Source: Bdellovibrionales bacterium (GTDB taxonomy: Bacteria > Bdellovibrionota > Bdellovibrionia > Bdellovibrionales > JAUICD01). From it: a stretch of 64,000 nt of DNA. Below, one piece after another: positions 29,281 through 40,181 of this stretch. Below the pieces are notes generated by a model. It made no database searches, had not been told where the DNA came from, and worked only from the letters and a program-made list of their open reading frames with translations. Every line of letters begins with the position of its first letter. The stretch's first letter is position 1. The translations under genes were made by a program, and so were the position numbers. Location: assembly GCA_965262715.1 (NCBI GenBank), contig OZ253553.1, positions 320,001 through 384,000 on the forward strand. The letters run 5' to 3'.

Positions 29281-30776
29281 TTATTGATAAAAAAAATAAA
29301 ATTTTAGTGAGTAGTTTAAGGAAATTCATTAGTATTAAAGCCACTCGCAATATCAAAAATGTTCTTCAAAAGACTCATTCTGCAGATATTGCAGAAATGC
29401 TCAATGATTTAGATAGAGAAGAGCAAAATATCATTTTTAATTTATTAGCATCAGATCAAATCAAGTCAGAAGTCTTAAGTCGATTAGATGAATCTCTACA
29501 AAAAGTTTTTGTCGATGAAATCCCTAAAAAATCATTAATTAAGATCATCTCTTGTATGGATGTAGATGATCGTACAGATCTTTTGGGTCATTTGGATACA
29601 GAGGTATCTACAGTGATTTTGTCATCTATGGAGCAGAAAGAAAAAGAAGAAGCAGAAGACCTCTTACAATATCCAAAGGATAGTGCAGGTGGTTTGATGA
29701 CCACAGAAATTTTAAAACTCAGTGAAAGCCTGACGGTCAAAGAGGCTATTGAGTCTCTTCAAAAGGACGTAGAGGATGCAGAGGCTACTTTTTATGTCTA
29801 TATAGTGGATGAAAATAATCGGTTAGTGGGTGTTTTGAGTTTAAAGCAGCTACTTTTATCAAAACAAACAGATAAGCTTAAAGATCTTATGACAAAAGAA
29901 ATCATTGAAGTTTCAGTCACTACAGATGGTCAGGATGTGGCTAGGTTAGTAGAGAGATATGACTTTTTATCTTTACCTGTTGTTGATGAGAATTTTGTCT
30001 TATTAGGTGCTATTACAGTGGATGACGTTATTGATGTCATTAGGGAAGAAGCTAAGGAAGAATTGCTAGCTATGGGACAAACAGATATCTTAGGCGGTAA
30101 AGGGTACTTATGGCTGGCTATAGCCTTTGTTGTAGGCATTTCTTTTTCTTTTTGGATATTAAATATCACAGATCAATCTTTTGCTAATATTTTTGGTGGT
30201 ACATCATTTGAATCTTTTGTTTCTGATGTGGTGCCTGCACCTGGTTCTGCAGGATCTTTGGAGACCTCATTTGTTCAAAGCTCTGGGTATTTCAATAGTT
30301 TATTGAAGGAGTTGACTGAAAAAATACCTGTTTATGTGAAGGAGAAGATAGCTCAGTTAGAAATGCTGATTTTTGCTATACCTCTTTTGCTCATTATGGG
30401 GATGACTTTAAGCAATCAAATTGTTACTTTAACTGTGCATGATTTAAGAGAAGGACGATTTGATTCAAAAGGACTCTTCTTTTACCTTTTGAATAAAATG
30501 AGGATTGGAATGGTGGTATCCATTGTAGCTTCTGTATTGATTGTTATTCTTTTTTATATTTTACAAATGGCCAGTGTTCGTCATATTGCTATTGTGGCAG
30601 GAAGTTTATCTATACAGCTTTTATTATCTTCTACGCTAGGAGTTTTAATCCCTTGGTTAATTCGCCGGCTTCAGCTGGATCCTGCTGTTGGAAGTTTATC
30701 AATTACAACATCAGTAAGTCAGATACTTACTCTTGTATTTGTTTCACTTATATTTTTAAAGTGGGCAATAGTATGA
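29277..30776 (+). CDS. mgtE: Magnesium transporter MgtE (divergent membrane domain)
   Basis: MgtE_N, YPKDSAGGLMT, two CBS domains, ITVDDVIDVI, C-terminal LDPA. Confidence 0.9.
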   Translation: MIIDKKNKILVSSLRKFISIKATRNIKNVLQKTHSADIAEMLNDLDREEQNIIFNLLASDQIKSEVLSRLDESLQKVFVDEIPKKSLIKIISCMDVDDRTDLLGHLDTEVSTVILSSMEQKEKEEAEDLLQYPKDSAGGLMTTEILKLSESLTVKEAIESLQKDVEDAEATFYVYIVDENNRLVGVLSLKQLLLSKQTDKLKDLMTKEIIEVSVTTDGQDVARLVERYDFLSLPVVDENFVLLGAITVDDVIDVIREEAKEELLAMGQTDILGGKGYLWLAIAFVVGISFSFWILNITDQSFANIFGGTSFESFVSDVVPAPGSAGSLETSFVQSSGYFNSLLKELTEKIPVYVKEKIAQLEMLIFAIPLLLIMGMTLSNQIVTLTVHDLREGRFDSKGLFFYLLNKMRIGMVVSIVASVLIVILFYILQMASVRHIAIVAGSLSIQLLLSSTLGVLIPWLIRRLQLDPAVGSLSITTSVSQILTLVFVSLIFLKWAIV

Positions 30777-31417
30777 GAACAGAACGTCTCTTTATTTTAA
30801 AAGTGATCAAGTATGGTGAAGCTGATTTAATTGTTTTTGGATTAAACTCTATGGGAGCTAAGATTCCTCTTTTTGCAAAATCAGCTTTAAAAAGTCGAAA
30901 ACGTTTTGGCGGTGGCGTATTAGAGTCCACACACTATATTGAGGCCACTTATAATGATACATCTAGAAGTTTTCGTGGGCCATTAGAAACGGAATATGGC
31001 AGAAACCATTTTGTAAATCACAATCATAGCTTTTGTTTTTTAAGGGAAGCAACACTTGTGTATGATTTTCATAAGATTCGCTCAGATTATGATCGATTGC
31101 AGTTAGGGTTTTATATGTTGAAATTGGTTAATCACTTTTGTCAAGAAGGCTTGCCAGATAATGGACAGGTTTTTCACTTATTAGGCAACTCTTTGAGGGC
31201 TTTAGAGACCTCAAAAAAATTACATGAACTTCAAATGGCTTTTGAGCTGCGCCTACTAAAAATGCAAGGTATTTTAGACGAGGATCATTCGATGAAAAGA
31301 GTTTTAGGTGGTTCCATTTCAGAGCATGAACAATTAAATATAAATCCTTTAATCGCATCTTCTTTAAAAGAATCTATAAAAAACCACTTTGGAGATATAT
31401 CCTTTAAGATATTGTAG
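30773..31417 (+). CDS. recO: DNA repair protein RecO
   Basis: KYGEADLIV...GAKI..AKSALKSRKRFGG; ATG overlaps the mgtE stop. Confidence 0.88.
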   Translation: MRTERLFILKVIKYGEADLIVFGLNSMGAKIPLFAKSALKSRKRFGGGVLESTHYIEATYNDTSRSFRGPLETEYGRNHFVNHNHSFCFLREATLVYDFHKIRSDYDRLQLGFYMLKLVNHFCQEGLPDNGQVFHLLGNSLRALETSKKLHELQMAFELRLLKMQGILDEDHSMKRVLGGSISEHEQLNINPLIASSLKESIKNHFGDISFKIL

Positions 31418-31496
31418 TTAGATAAAGTTATGAATCACTGGCAATGCTTATCAAAATTACATGGTACAGCTATAATAGAATAAGGGGTTTATAATT

Positions 31497-32297
31497 ATGA
31501 AAATTCATCACTTAAGAAATGCTACACTTATTATGGAAATTAAAGATAAGTTTGTTTTAGTTGATCCTATGCTAGGAGCAAAAGGATCTTTGCCACCTTT
31601 TTCTTACTTTCGTTTCAAAAAACAAGACAACCCAACTGTTGAACTTCCGCCAAATAGCCTAGAACTTTTAAACAAAGTCACAGACTGTCTGATAACTCAT
31701 ACTCACTCATTTGACTTCAAATTATTTCAACATACTGATCATTTAGATACTTCTGGAGAAAACTTTCTTAAAAGTAGAAATATTCCTGTTGTTTGTGGCA
31801 GACATGATGAAAAATACCTTAAAAAATTAGGCATTCCTATCAATAAAGTCTTAAACAACTGGAAGTTTTCAGAAATCTTTGGAGGCAAGGGCTGTAGCAT
31901 CCCTACTCAACATGGTCATGGTTGGATCCATAAATTTATGGGATGTGGATCTGGATTTTATTTAGAATTACCAAACGAACCTTCACTCTATATATTAGGA
32001 GATACTGTTTTCACTGATGATGTGAAAAAAGTATTAATAGATTTTAAACCAGATATATCTGTAGTTCCAGCAGGTAGTGCTCAGATGGACATTGGACAAC
32101 CTATATTGATGAAAATGGATGAACTGATTGAATTTGCTAAACTCACCTCAGGAAAAGTTATCTTCAATCACCTTGAGGCACTAAATATGTGCCCCACATC
32201 AAGAGAAGACTTGAAAAATTGCCTTATAAATAAGAGACTTTATTCTAAATGCTTCATTCCTAATGATGGAGAATCCATGGATATTCTGCCATGTTAA
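31497..32297 (+). CDS. MBL-fold metallo-hydrolase
   Basis: LRNAT, LVDPML, THTH...DHLD, GDT, HLEA. Confidence 0.9.
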   Translation: MKIHHLRNATLIMEIKDKFVLVDPMLGAKGSLPPFSYFRFKKQDNPTVELPPNSLELLNKVTDCLITHTHSFDFKLFQHTDHLDTSGENFLKSRNIPVVCGRHDEKYLKKLGIPINKVLNNWKFSEIFGGKGCSIPTQHGHGWIHKFMGCGSGFYLELPNEPSLYILGDTVFTDDVKKVLIDFKPDISVVPAGSAQMDIGQPILMKMDELIEFAKLTSGKVIFNHLEALNMCPTSREDLKNCLINKRLYSKCFIPNDGESMDILPC

Positions 32298-32351
32298 AGA
32301 TGAGATTCAAATTGCTTAGCTTTTAAAGTGTCATGAACTTTAGATGAAATG

Positions 32352-33437
32352 CTAGAAAAGTTGAGAGAAGGGTGAACATAAAAGTCCATGAAGAGCAAGG
32401 TTGTCAACATGTCCTGGAACAACATAATCTTTAGGAAAATAAGGTGCTGGACTCCTATTATGTCCATCATACATTAAACTATTGGGATCATCATTGTGGC
32501 CTACTCCTAAAGCATGTCCAAATTCATGAAGTATACTCTTGCTTAATATAATAGGACTATCTTTGGATGTACTTGTAATATCTAAAGAGTATTTTTCAAT
32601 CGCTAAATTTCTAAGGTCTTCAAGGGATTCCAGAGTTTGAGCATCCTTCATTTTTTTATTTGTTTCTTCAAGGATCCATCTTTGAATATCTTCAGGTTTG
32701 TCACTTGGGAGTGCAATCTCTTTCCTCTCTATAGACTTAATCATCATATTGTAAAAATCATCACTGCTCATTTCCGATAGCCGTTCCACAAATAGGCGTT
32801 GAAGGCCTATAGCGTCCATATCCTCAGGAGGTTCAATACCTATATTTTCTAAATGTGAAGTAAGCATCCATTCAACTAAATTCATAAAGTTACTTGATTC
32901 TGCGTATATAACAATATGGGTGTTTATAATAAATACATAAGGTATTGGCAGAGGCTCCCTTACTTGAAAAAGTGTTTTTCCTCTTGATCTTAAGGTGCCA
33001 TTTTTTGAAGTAATATCATCTACATTATATTGATCTTCAGTTAACCAATAGATGACGTTTCTAGGGTTTTGTTTTGCTGTATCCCAATGGCTATCATCAA
33101 TCTCATCACTTATGGTGACTAAGCTAATTTCAGATCCAGGTTCAGGTTCCACCTTCCATTCCTTGGCGGCTTCACGGATAATGTCTCTATGTTGTTCTGG
33201 GATACTATGGTTTAGGTGAAATTCAACTGGTATGTCTGTGCGAGATAGAGGAAAATCAGATACCTCAGGATATCTATCTGGATATGCATCTCTACCATGC
33301 ATCATCAAATCGCATGGATCAATTCTTTCGAGGTTGATTTGGTTTCCTAAAACATAATTGAAATGAAAAGCAAATATTAAAAAAGTTACGAATAATTGAC
33401 AATATCTACACATGATAGACTTCTTGAACTCTAACAC
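32352..33437 (-). CDS. Secreted matrixin-like metalloprotease
   Basis: HEFGHALGVGH plus Met-turn SLMY; signal peptide. Confidence 0.88.
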   Translation of the reverse strand: MLEFKKSIMCRYCQLFVTFLIFAFHFNYVLGNQINLERIDPCDLMMHGRDAYPDRYPEVSDFPLSRTDIPVEFHLNHSIPEQHRDIIREAAKEWKVEPEPGSEISLVTISDEIDDSHWDTAKQNPRNVIYWLTEDQYNVDDITSKNGTLRSRGKTLFQVREPLPIPYVFIINTHIVIYAESSNFMNLVEWMLTSHLENIGIEPPEDMDAIGLQRLFVERLSEMSSDDFYNMMIKSIERKEIALPSDKPEDIQRWILEETNKKMKDAQTLESLEDLRNLAIEKYSLDITSTSKDSPIILSKSILHEFGHALGVGHNDDPNSLMYDGHNRSPAPYFPKDYVVPGHVDNLALHGLLCSPFSQLF

Positions 33438-33616
33438 TGTATTCAGTAAAGCTTTTAGTATATGAGCAAACTTTTTAGCAGTTTATGACAAGGCATATTA
33501 GAATATACTTTATTTAAGAAAATTTGTTTATTTTTTTCATGTTCTTACATAAAAATCACCATTTCTTTAAAAGTTAAGTTCATCTCCAATACATTAAAAA
33601 AGATGTCTTTATCTAT

Positions 33617-34945
33617 CTATGAGATACTACTCTCGTTATTTTCATCATTTTCAGACATAAGCATTCTAGCATCTTCTATAGGGAGCTCTTCTACTTTTAT
33701 GAGTCTTTTTTCAATGGTTTTGGATTTTTTAGATGCTTTTTCCATGACATCGGAGGCATCATTTAATTTCTTTTGAACATTATCTAACAAACCTGAAAAT
33801 GTCCCAAATTGGGTTTTAATAGCTCCTAAAAGTTTCCAAACATCGGATGACCTCTTTTGAATGGCTAAGGTTCTAAATCCAACAGAAAGACTATTAAGTA
33901 ATGCTGCAAGATTCGTAGGACCTGCAACCATCACACGGTATTCTCTTTGCAAGTCATCAGCTAATCCTGGTTGTCTTAATATCTCAGCATAAAGTCCTTC
34001 TGTTGGGAGGAACATAATTGCAAAATCAGTTGTTTTTGGTGGTGATATATATTTATCTCTTATTGTACGTGCTTCTTTTTTGACAGTAGCCTTTAAAGAA
34101 GAGGTCAGCTTTGATATCTCTGATTCTGAAATATTTTGAGTTGTTATTAATTTCTGATAATCTTCTTGTGGAAATTTGGAATCTACTGGAAGGTATACAA
34201 ATTCATCTTTGTTTTGACCAGGAAGTTTTATGGCAAATTCAACTATTTCTTTACTTCCTTTTTTAATCGAAACATTTTTTTCATATTGTTGTGGGCTCAA
34301 AAACTGCTCGAGAATGTTGCCTAGTTGGAACTCTCCCCATGTCCCTCTTGCTTTGACATTTGTAAGCATTTTTTTAAGATCTCCTACTCCATGGGCTAAG
34401 TTCTTCATCTCTCCTAATCCTTCATAAACCTGTTTAAGTTTGTCACTAACTTGACCAAATGACTCTGACAACCTTCTTTCTAAAGTTCCTTGTAGTTTTT
34501 CATCAACAGTAGCTCTCATTTTCTCCAGTTGGCTTTTATTGTCTTCTTGAACGTTTTTTAATCCTAATTCAACAACTTGTCTTAACTCTTTCTGTGATTT
34601 CAAATGATCATTGGACATTCTAACAAATCGTTCTTCAAAAGATCTGAAATTTTCTTGTTGAATTCTCGAAAGATCTTGAAATGAAGTGGTTATTGAAGAG
34701 CTATATCTTTCTACATTATTTGCTATTTCTTGTCTTAATAATTGAGCTTGATTTAATTGTTCTTTTCGATTAAGAGAGAACTCTGATTTTATTAAACTCT
34801 CATTTCTATTTTGATTTTCCTTTAATAATTTTAAGATGTTTTTAATATCTTCTTTTGATATTTCACTTTCTCTTACATATCTCAATATGATAATATTAAA
34901 AACAATTAAAATGATGTAACAAGTTGCAAATAGAATATAAATCAT
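33617..34945 (-). CDS. rmuC: DNA recombination protein RmuC
   Basis: TVDEKLQGTLERRL, KARGTWGE, PVDSKFP, FAIMFLPTEGLYAE; N-terminal TM segment. Confidence 0.95.
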   Translation of the reverse strand: MIYILFATCYIILIVFNIIILRYVRESEISKEDIKNILKLLKENQNRNESLIKSEFSLNRKEQLNQAQLLRQEIANNVERYSSSITTSFQDLSRIQQENFRSFEERFVRMSNDHLKSQKELRQVVELGLKNVQEDNKSQLEKMRATVDEKLQGTLERRLSESFGQVSDKLKQVYEGLGEMKNLAHGVGDLKKMLTNVKARGTWGEFQLGNILEQFLSPQQYEKNVSIKKGSKEIVEFAIKLPGQNKDEFVYLPVDSKFPQEDYQKLITTQNISESEISKLTSSLKATVKKEARTIRDKYISPPKTTDFAIMFLPTEGLYAEILRQPGLADDLQREYRVMVAGPTNLAALLNSLSVGFRTLAIQKRSSDVWKLLGAIKTQFGTFSGLLDNVQKKLNDASDVMEKASKKSKTIEKRLIKVEELPIEDARMLMSENDENNESSIS

Positions 34946-35332
34946 GAAATAACCCTGTGTTTTTATTTCGATATGTTTCAACAAAATAATTGTTTTTATA
35001 ATAAATTTTGTCAGAAAATTTTTAATAACTCTTATAACTTTTCTCTTAAAAAAACACAAGTCTTCATTTAATCTTAACTTTTTATTTGGTTTAAAGGTGA
35101 TTTGTTTGTTCTTAAGTCAAGAGAAGTTATTTTAGAAACTCTTTATGGCTATGCTACAAAGTAGCAATTGACAAGTGTTTCCATTTTTTTAGGGCTTCTG
35201 GACTTGATCTTCTGATCTGATAGGAAGTAACTATATAAGTGATTTTCAATAGCTGAATGGGTTTTTCTGTTTTTTTTAAGGTCTGTAATTGCTTAATTGA
35301 TGTAAATTTATAGCCCTTTAACTGGTTATAAA

Positions 35333-36457
35333 TCATCTTGCATAAGTTGGGTAGGATATGTTGTTTTCTCGACGTTCTAAGTCATAAGAACATGAAAGTC
35401 CGTGGGTAGCCAGATCGTCAATATCCCATGAAGTAATAAGGTCTCTAGGGAATTGAAGTATTGGAGGCGTATAAATTTCACTGTACATTAAACTGCCTGG
35501 TTCATTATTGTCGAGTAATCCTAAAGCACGACCAAATTCATGAAGAAGAGTGTTTTTGAACAAAACAGATTTATCGAGAATACTTATATTTGTAAGATCC
35601 ATGGAGTATTCTTTCAACATTAAATCTCTAAGGTCTTCAAAAGATTCAAGAGGTTGAGTGATTTCTTCGCTTATTCTTTCGATGATTTCTCTTTGAATAT
35701 CTTCAGGCTGACCAGTTGGTAGTGTTATCTGTCTATCTCTCATTAAATCAATGATCATGTTATAGAAATCATCATTGTTCATGTTTAATAACCTTTCCAA
35801 AAATAAAATCTGTAGTTCTATTGTGTCCATATCTTCGAGATACTCAACATTTATCCTGTTCAAGTGTTGGATCAATATTTGGCGAGTGGCTTCCATAAAA
35901 GTATTTTTTTCTGCATGTACAAAAATATCAGTGTCATCAATGAGTACAAGAGGTATTGCAACATTGAGGTCATGAGCAAACTCTGTTATTGCTCTTTTTG
36001 ACATTATTCTTTCTTCACGTCTTGAAGTGAAACTTTCATACTCCTCATTATTAAGCCAATAAATTACGTTTTTAAAAGCTTGACTTTGTTCTTCTGCACT
36101 TCGGTCATTATAGTCACTATCATCAATTTCGTCGCGGATAGTGATCAAATCAAAATCATTAGCTTTGCGATTCCATTCCCGAGCAACTGCATAAGCGGCA
36201 AACCGATACATTCCAGGGATGCTACGATTTAAATAAAACCTAACTGGTAGTCGTTTATGGTAAAAAGGAAATTCTAGAAGAGCTAAAAGAGGATACCTAT
36301 CTCTAGGCACATCTCTACCATGTATCATTAAATCGCATGGGTCGATTTCAACACTTGGTTGACCTGCTAAATTATAATGGAAATAGAAAATCACCATTAA
36401 AAATATAAGAAGTGGTTGGCAAGCCTTACACATCATGGGATCCTTAAAGTTGATCAA
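35333..36457 (-). CDS. Paralog of the matrixin-like protein with degenerate zinc motif
   Basis: Shares IDPCDLM.HGRD...DRYP and LES.EDLR with 32352-33437; motif reads HEFGRALGLLD. Confidence 0.85.
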   Translation of the reverse strand: MINFKDPMMCKACQPLLIFLMVIFYFHYNLAGQPSVEIDPCDLMIHGRDVPRDRYPLLALLEFPFYHKRLPVRFYLNRSIPGMYRFAAYAVAREWNRKANDFDLITIRDEIDDSDYNDRSAEEQSQAFKNVIYWLNNEEYESFTSRREERIMSKRAITEFAHDLNVAIPLVLIDDTDIFVHAEKNTFMEATRQILIQHLNRINVEYLEDMDTIELQILFLERLLNMNNDDFYNMIIDLMRDRQITLPTGQPEDIQREIIERISEEITQPLESFEDLRDLMLKEYSMDLTNISILDKSVLFKNTLLHEFGRALGLLDNNEPGSLMYSEIYTPPILQFPRDLITSWDIDDLATHGLSCSYDLERRENNISYPTYAR

Positions 36458-36653
36458 GCTTAACGCTATATATCATTAAAACTTCCGTTGTGTAAGATGG
36501 CAAACTTTTTGAGAAAAAACTGTAAAAACCACCATTAAAACAGTACAGTTACTAAATCTGTACATACTAACTGCTTGCTTGTTGTAAGCCTTCTGTCGTG
36601 AATAAATTAAAGGTGAGCTAACAAACTGCCAGTGACAATTCTTAGTCTAATGC

Positions 36654-38001
36654 GGCCTTGTTGCACAAAGATTTAAATAGTTTTTATTTTATTTATTTTT
36701 TAAGTAAGATTGTCATTTAATATTTTTTTATCAAGCTGAAAGAGAAGAAGGCACAATCATCTGATTAAGGATTTTACATTTAATAAACACTTCATTTGCT
36801 TGACGATGAAATTCTCTAGAAGATAATTTATCACCTAATAAAGTTTTAAATCTATACATAGCTGTTTCTGATATAGACCTCCTGTGATATTTATGTTTTT
36901 TTTTCCACTTCTTTCTACCCATCTTCTTGATTTCTCTAATATAAGTATCTCTAAGAAGCGGCGATCCCCGACAATTTCCATGCCTCTTAATCACAGCATT
37001 CTTTCTAGGTGGAGCAACCAATTTTATACTTCTATCACTTGTAAACTGATAACAATTCTTACAGTCATAAGCCCCATCAACTGAAACTTGGCCTATCTCA
37101 TCTTCATATCCTGTCAATAACTCTTCAAAAACCTCATTATCCTTTACAGAATTATCACTTAAAACAGATGCCTTAATCTGGGAATTTGACTCATCTACCG
37201 CTAAATGTAGCTTCTTCCAGGTCCTTCTCTTAGAATACCCATGCTGACGGACTTTCCACTCTCCCTCCCCATAAACTTTAAGACCTGTGGAATCAATGAC
37301 AATATGAGGATTCTTGTGAGAAGATAGCTTTCTTTCTAGTTTTACTGATAACTTCTGTAATCTTCTGCAAAGAGTTGTATAATTAGGTATTTCTATATCA
37401 AGACACATAAGTTCAACTAGGGATTTAGCAAAACCTTCTGTAGATCGCAATTTTAAACCAAATATGAATCTTAATATATTAAGAGTTTCAATAGCTTTAT
37501 CAGAGTAAACTTGTTGACCCCCTTGCTTTGAAGAACATTTTGCATACCAAGATTTGACGATATCTGCTGAAAACCAAAAAGTGATTTGACCTCTATTGAC
37601 TAGAGACTTATTATAAAGACTCCAGTTTATTTTTTTATTTTTACCCATCTCTAGCTCCTTCTGATTTAGTGATTGTGAAAGTTGGGGATGGGTAAATTTT
37701 ATAATCACTAAAAACAAAAAATCAAAGTAATAGATATCAAACTCAGAAAAAATAGAGCTTAGGCAAAAAACTTCATATATGGTGCATAATAAACATCTGT
37801 AGGAGAATTATGGCAGGCTTCTGAAATAGGACTAGGCCAGTGCCTTAGGAGAAAAATATCTATAAAGCATTCGATACTATAATAAAATCTTAAAATAATA
37901 GCAATAAAAGGTACAGAGGCCCTCTAAGGCCTATGGAAGATGCCTGACTTAATTCTCTAACTTGTATACACATATTCCATAAATCTTTGTGCAACAAGAC
38001 C
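36654..38001 (-). mobile_element. IS5-family (IS903-like) insertion sequence, 1348 bp
   Basis: 22-bp TIR GG(C/T)CTTGTTGCACAAAGATTTA; 9-bp TSD GTCTAATGC at 36645-36653 and 38002-38010. Confidence 0.95.
36731..37648 (-). CDS. IS5-family DDE transposase
   Basis: NWSLYNKSLVNRG, IDSTGLKVYGEGEW, RRTWKKLHLAVD, DGAYD, YHRRSISETAMYRFK. Confidence 0.97.
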   Translation of the reverse strand: MGKNKKINWSLYNKSLVNRGQITFWFSADIVKSWYAKCSSKQGGQQVYSDKAIETLNILRFIFGLKLRSTEGFAKSLVELMCLDIEIPNYTTLCRRLQKLSVKLERKLSSHKNPHIVIDSTGLKVYGEGEWKVRQHGYSKRRTWKKLHLAVDESNSQIKASVLSDNSVKDNEVFEELLTGYEDEIGQVSVDGAYDCKNCYQFTSDRSIKLVAPPRKNAVIKRHGNCRGSPLLRDTYIREIKKMGRKKWKKKHKYHRRSISETAMYRFKTLLGDKLSSREFHRQANEVFIKCKILNQMIVPSSLSA

Positions 38002-38258
38002 GTCTAATGCTAAAAATAGTCAGATACAAGTTTTATTCTGAATGAAATAAATGATATCATTGAACGTTATTAAGCCATGAAAGATAAGTGTTAGAATAAA
38101 TAAAACCTTAGAGGTAGAAGGCTTATAGAAGATTGAGGAAGATTGTAAAATGACAGTTGAGAGACTTATTCAAATAAAGTATAAGTAAAAAACATCTTCA
38201 ATTAATAAAAATTAACTACTTAAGATATTATGAACTTAGATTATTGCTAACTGAATAA

Positions 38259-38543
38259 ATGAAGAGTTTAAAAATGATTTTTCAAGGTAAAAAATATTTT
38301 ATTAAGAAGTTATTTTTTATTTTAACATTTTTGTTATTTTTGAGCAGTTTTGTTTATGCTCAAAATTTTGAAATATTTACTGCGATCTATAAAGGTGATC
38401 TTAATTATGTGAAAGAATTTTTAGCTAATGGAGGAGATGTTGATACATCAGCTTTTGGAGGAATAACCCTTCTTCGTGATGCGATTAGCTTTAAGCAAAC
38501 TCGAACCAAGTCTTTTGCCTTTAACCTTGAAATTATTACATGA
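38259..38543 (+). pseudogene. Truncated secreted ankyrin-repeat protein
   Basis: Signal peptide, one ankyrin repeat (AIYKGDLNYVKEFLANGGDVD...GITLL), then similarity ends abruptly. Confidence 0.6.
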
Positions 38544-38636
38544 TGTAAAACTAAATTTTCAGAAATTAAGAAATATTTTTGCAAAAGTTATATTGTGGTG
38601 ATATAAGTTACGATATCTTAAACAAGGAGATTTATT

Positions 38637-39099
38637 ATGGATATATTAAAGTTACGTATTTTGATGTGCTTTCTTTGTACTTCTATGCTTTGTTTGATAG
38701 GGTGTGCCACTGAAGTTATTGATAAAAATAATAAATCAGCTCAAAAAAATAATGAGTCAACCCAGATCGATAGTGCTAAATCAGAAAGGAACAAGGAATT
38801 CTTAGATGCTGTAGCAAATGGGAGTGTAGAGCATGTAAAAAGCATTATCAATGCAGGAAAAGTAAATATTAATAGCACTGATACTCAGAGTGGTATGACA
38901 GCTTTGATGATAGCTGTTAGTGATGGTTATACATCTATTGTAGAAGCATTAATAAAAGCAGGAGCTAAGCCTGATGTCAAAGAAGGTAGAGGTTATACAG
39001 CTTTAGATTTAGCAAAAGACAAAGCTTAAAAAAGATCATCCCATCATTAAAATATTAGAAAAAGCAATGGCAAATTCTGCTCAAGGACTTAAACCTTAA
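38637..39099 (+). pseudogene. Ankyrin-repeat lipoprotein with frameshift near C-terminus
   Basis: Lipobox LIGC; GMTALMIAV, GYTALDLA; after the stop at 39029 another frame reads KKDHPIIKILEKA, completing the last repeat. Confidence 0.65.
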
Positions 39100-39346
39100 A
39101 TCCTTTATAAAAGATGAGCTTTTTTGATAAAACTGCAACTTATTGTGTTCTCATTGCTTTATACCAAAACTGAAAACTTTACACATTGTATTATGATATT
39201 GAAAATCTGAAAAATTTGCATGATTTTGTATTATTGACAAGGCTTCTTTTTTGTAATATCTACTTACCTTTTAGATATGATCAATGACAGATTTTTTTTA
39301 AGAGACATTTAGGAGAAATATTAATATTGTGTTTATTTAACACCTA

Positions 39347-39452
39347 GAAGCAGTCTGCCAACTGTTTCCGGGAGTTGTTGCCTGTTTGTCAGATTGTGCT
39401 GGTTACCTAAGAAGTACTTATTTATAACTTTAAGATTTTGTCAGATGGTTTC
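39347..39452. mobile_element. MITE family W, short variant
   Basis: TA|GAAGCAGTCTG...TTTTGTCAGATGGTTTC|TA; 3' part closely matches 46130-46233. Confidence 0.7.
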
Positions 39453-40181
39453 TAATAATAAAGAATGTGTATAATGAAGCAATTATTTTATTTATCTTTA
39501 TTGACAATTTTATTTTTGGCTTATGATGTATCTGCATTTCAAAGCTTGGATGAACAATCTAAAAATTGTACTTTTAGTCATTATTCAGATATTACTGGTA
39601 TCGAAGTAGTGGATCTTGGTGATAGACAAATATATACTTTATCTACAGAGCATCTTGTTAATGAAAGGGAGATCATTTTTGCAGCTTTCTCAAATCCTAC
39701 TTCCTCAATGCATTTTTCAATGATGCTCGATGAGATCATTAAAAATAATCAGGCAGTGATTGAATCTGAACAATCCGATGTTCAAAAAATAGTAGAATTG
39801 TTTAGATCAGAGCAAATAGATTGGATAGGTTTAGAGACTTCTCCAGAGCAGTTAGAGGTTAATCCTATCGATGTTCGGATTAGAGGTTATTTTGAAAACA
39901 AAGATTTTTTAAACACAAACTTGAATCGCACAGATGGGTGGAACTCAAATAAAACAGAAAAAATACTTTCCCTTATTTATAACCCTTATATTATAGCCCT
40001 TGCAGGTAATCTTAATCTTTTTAATGGAGTTGAAATAATTCCTTTGGATAGTTATGACTTAAGAGGAGCTGAAGCGCAATATTATAATGATATAGATCAT
40101 GATATGAACCTTCTAAGAACTTATCATGTCCGTGTAGGCATCAATCAATCGGTGGTCACAAGTTTTTCACATTTCATAAAA

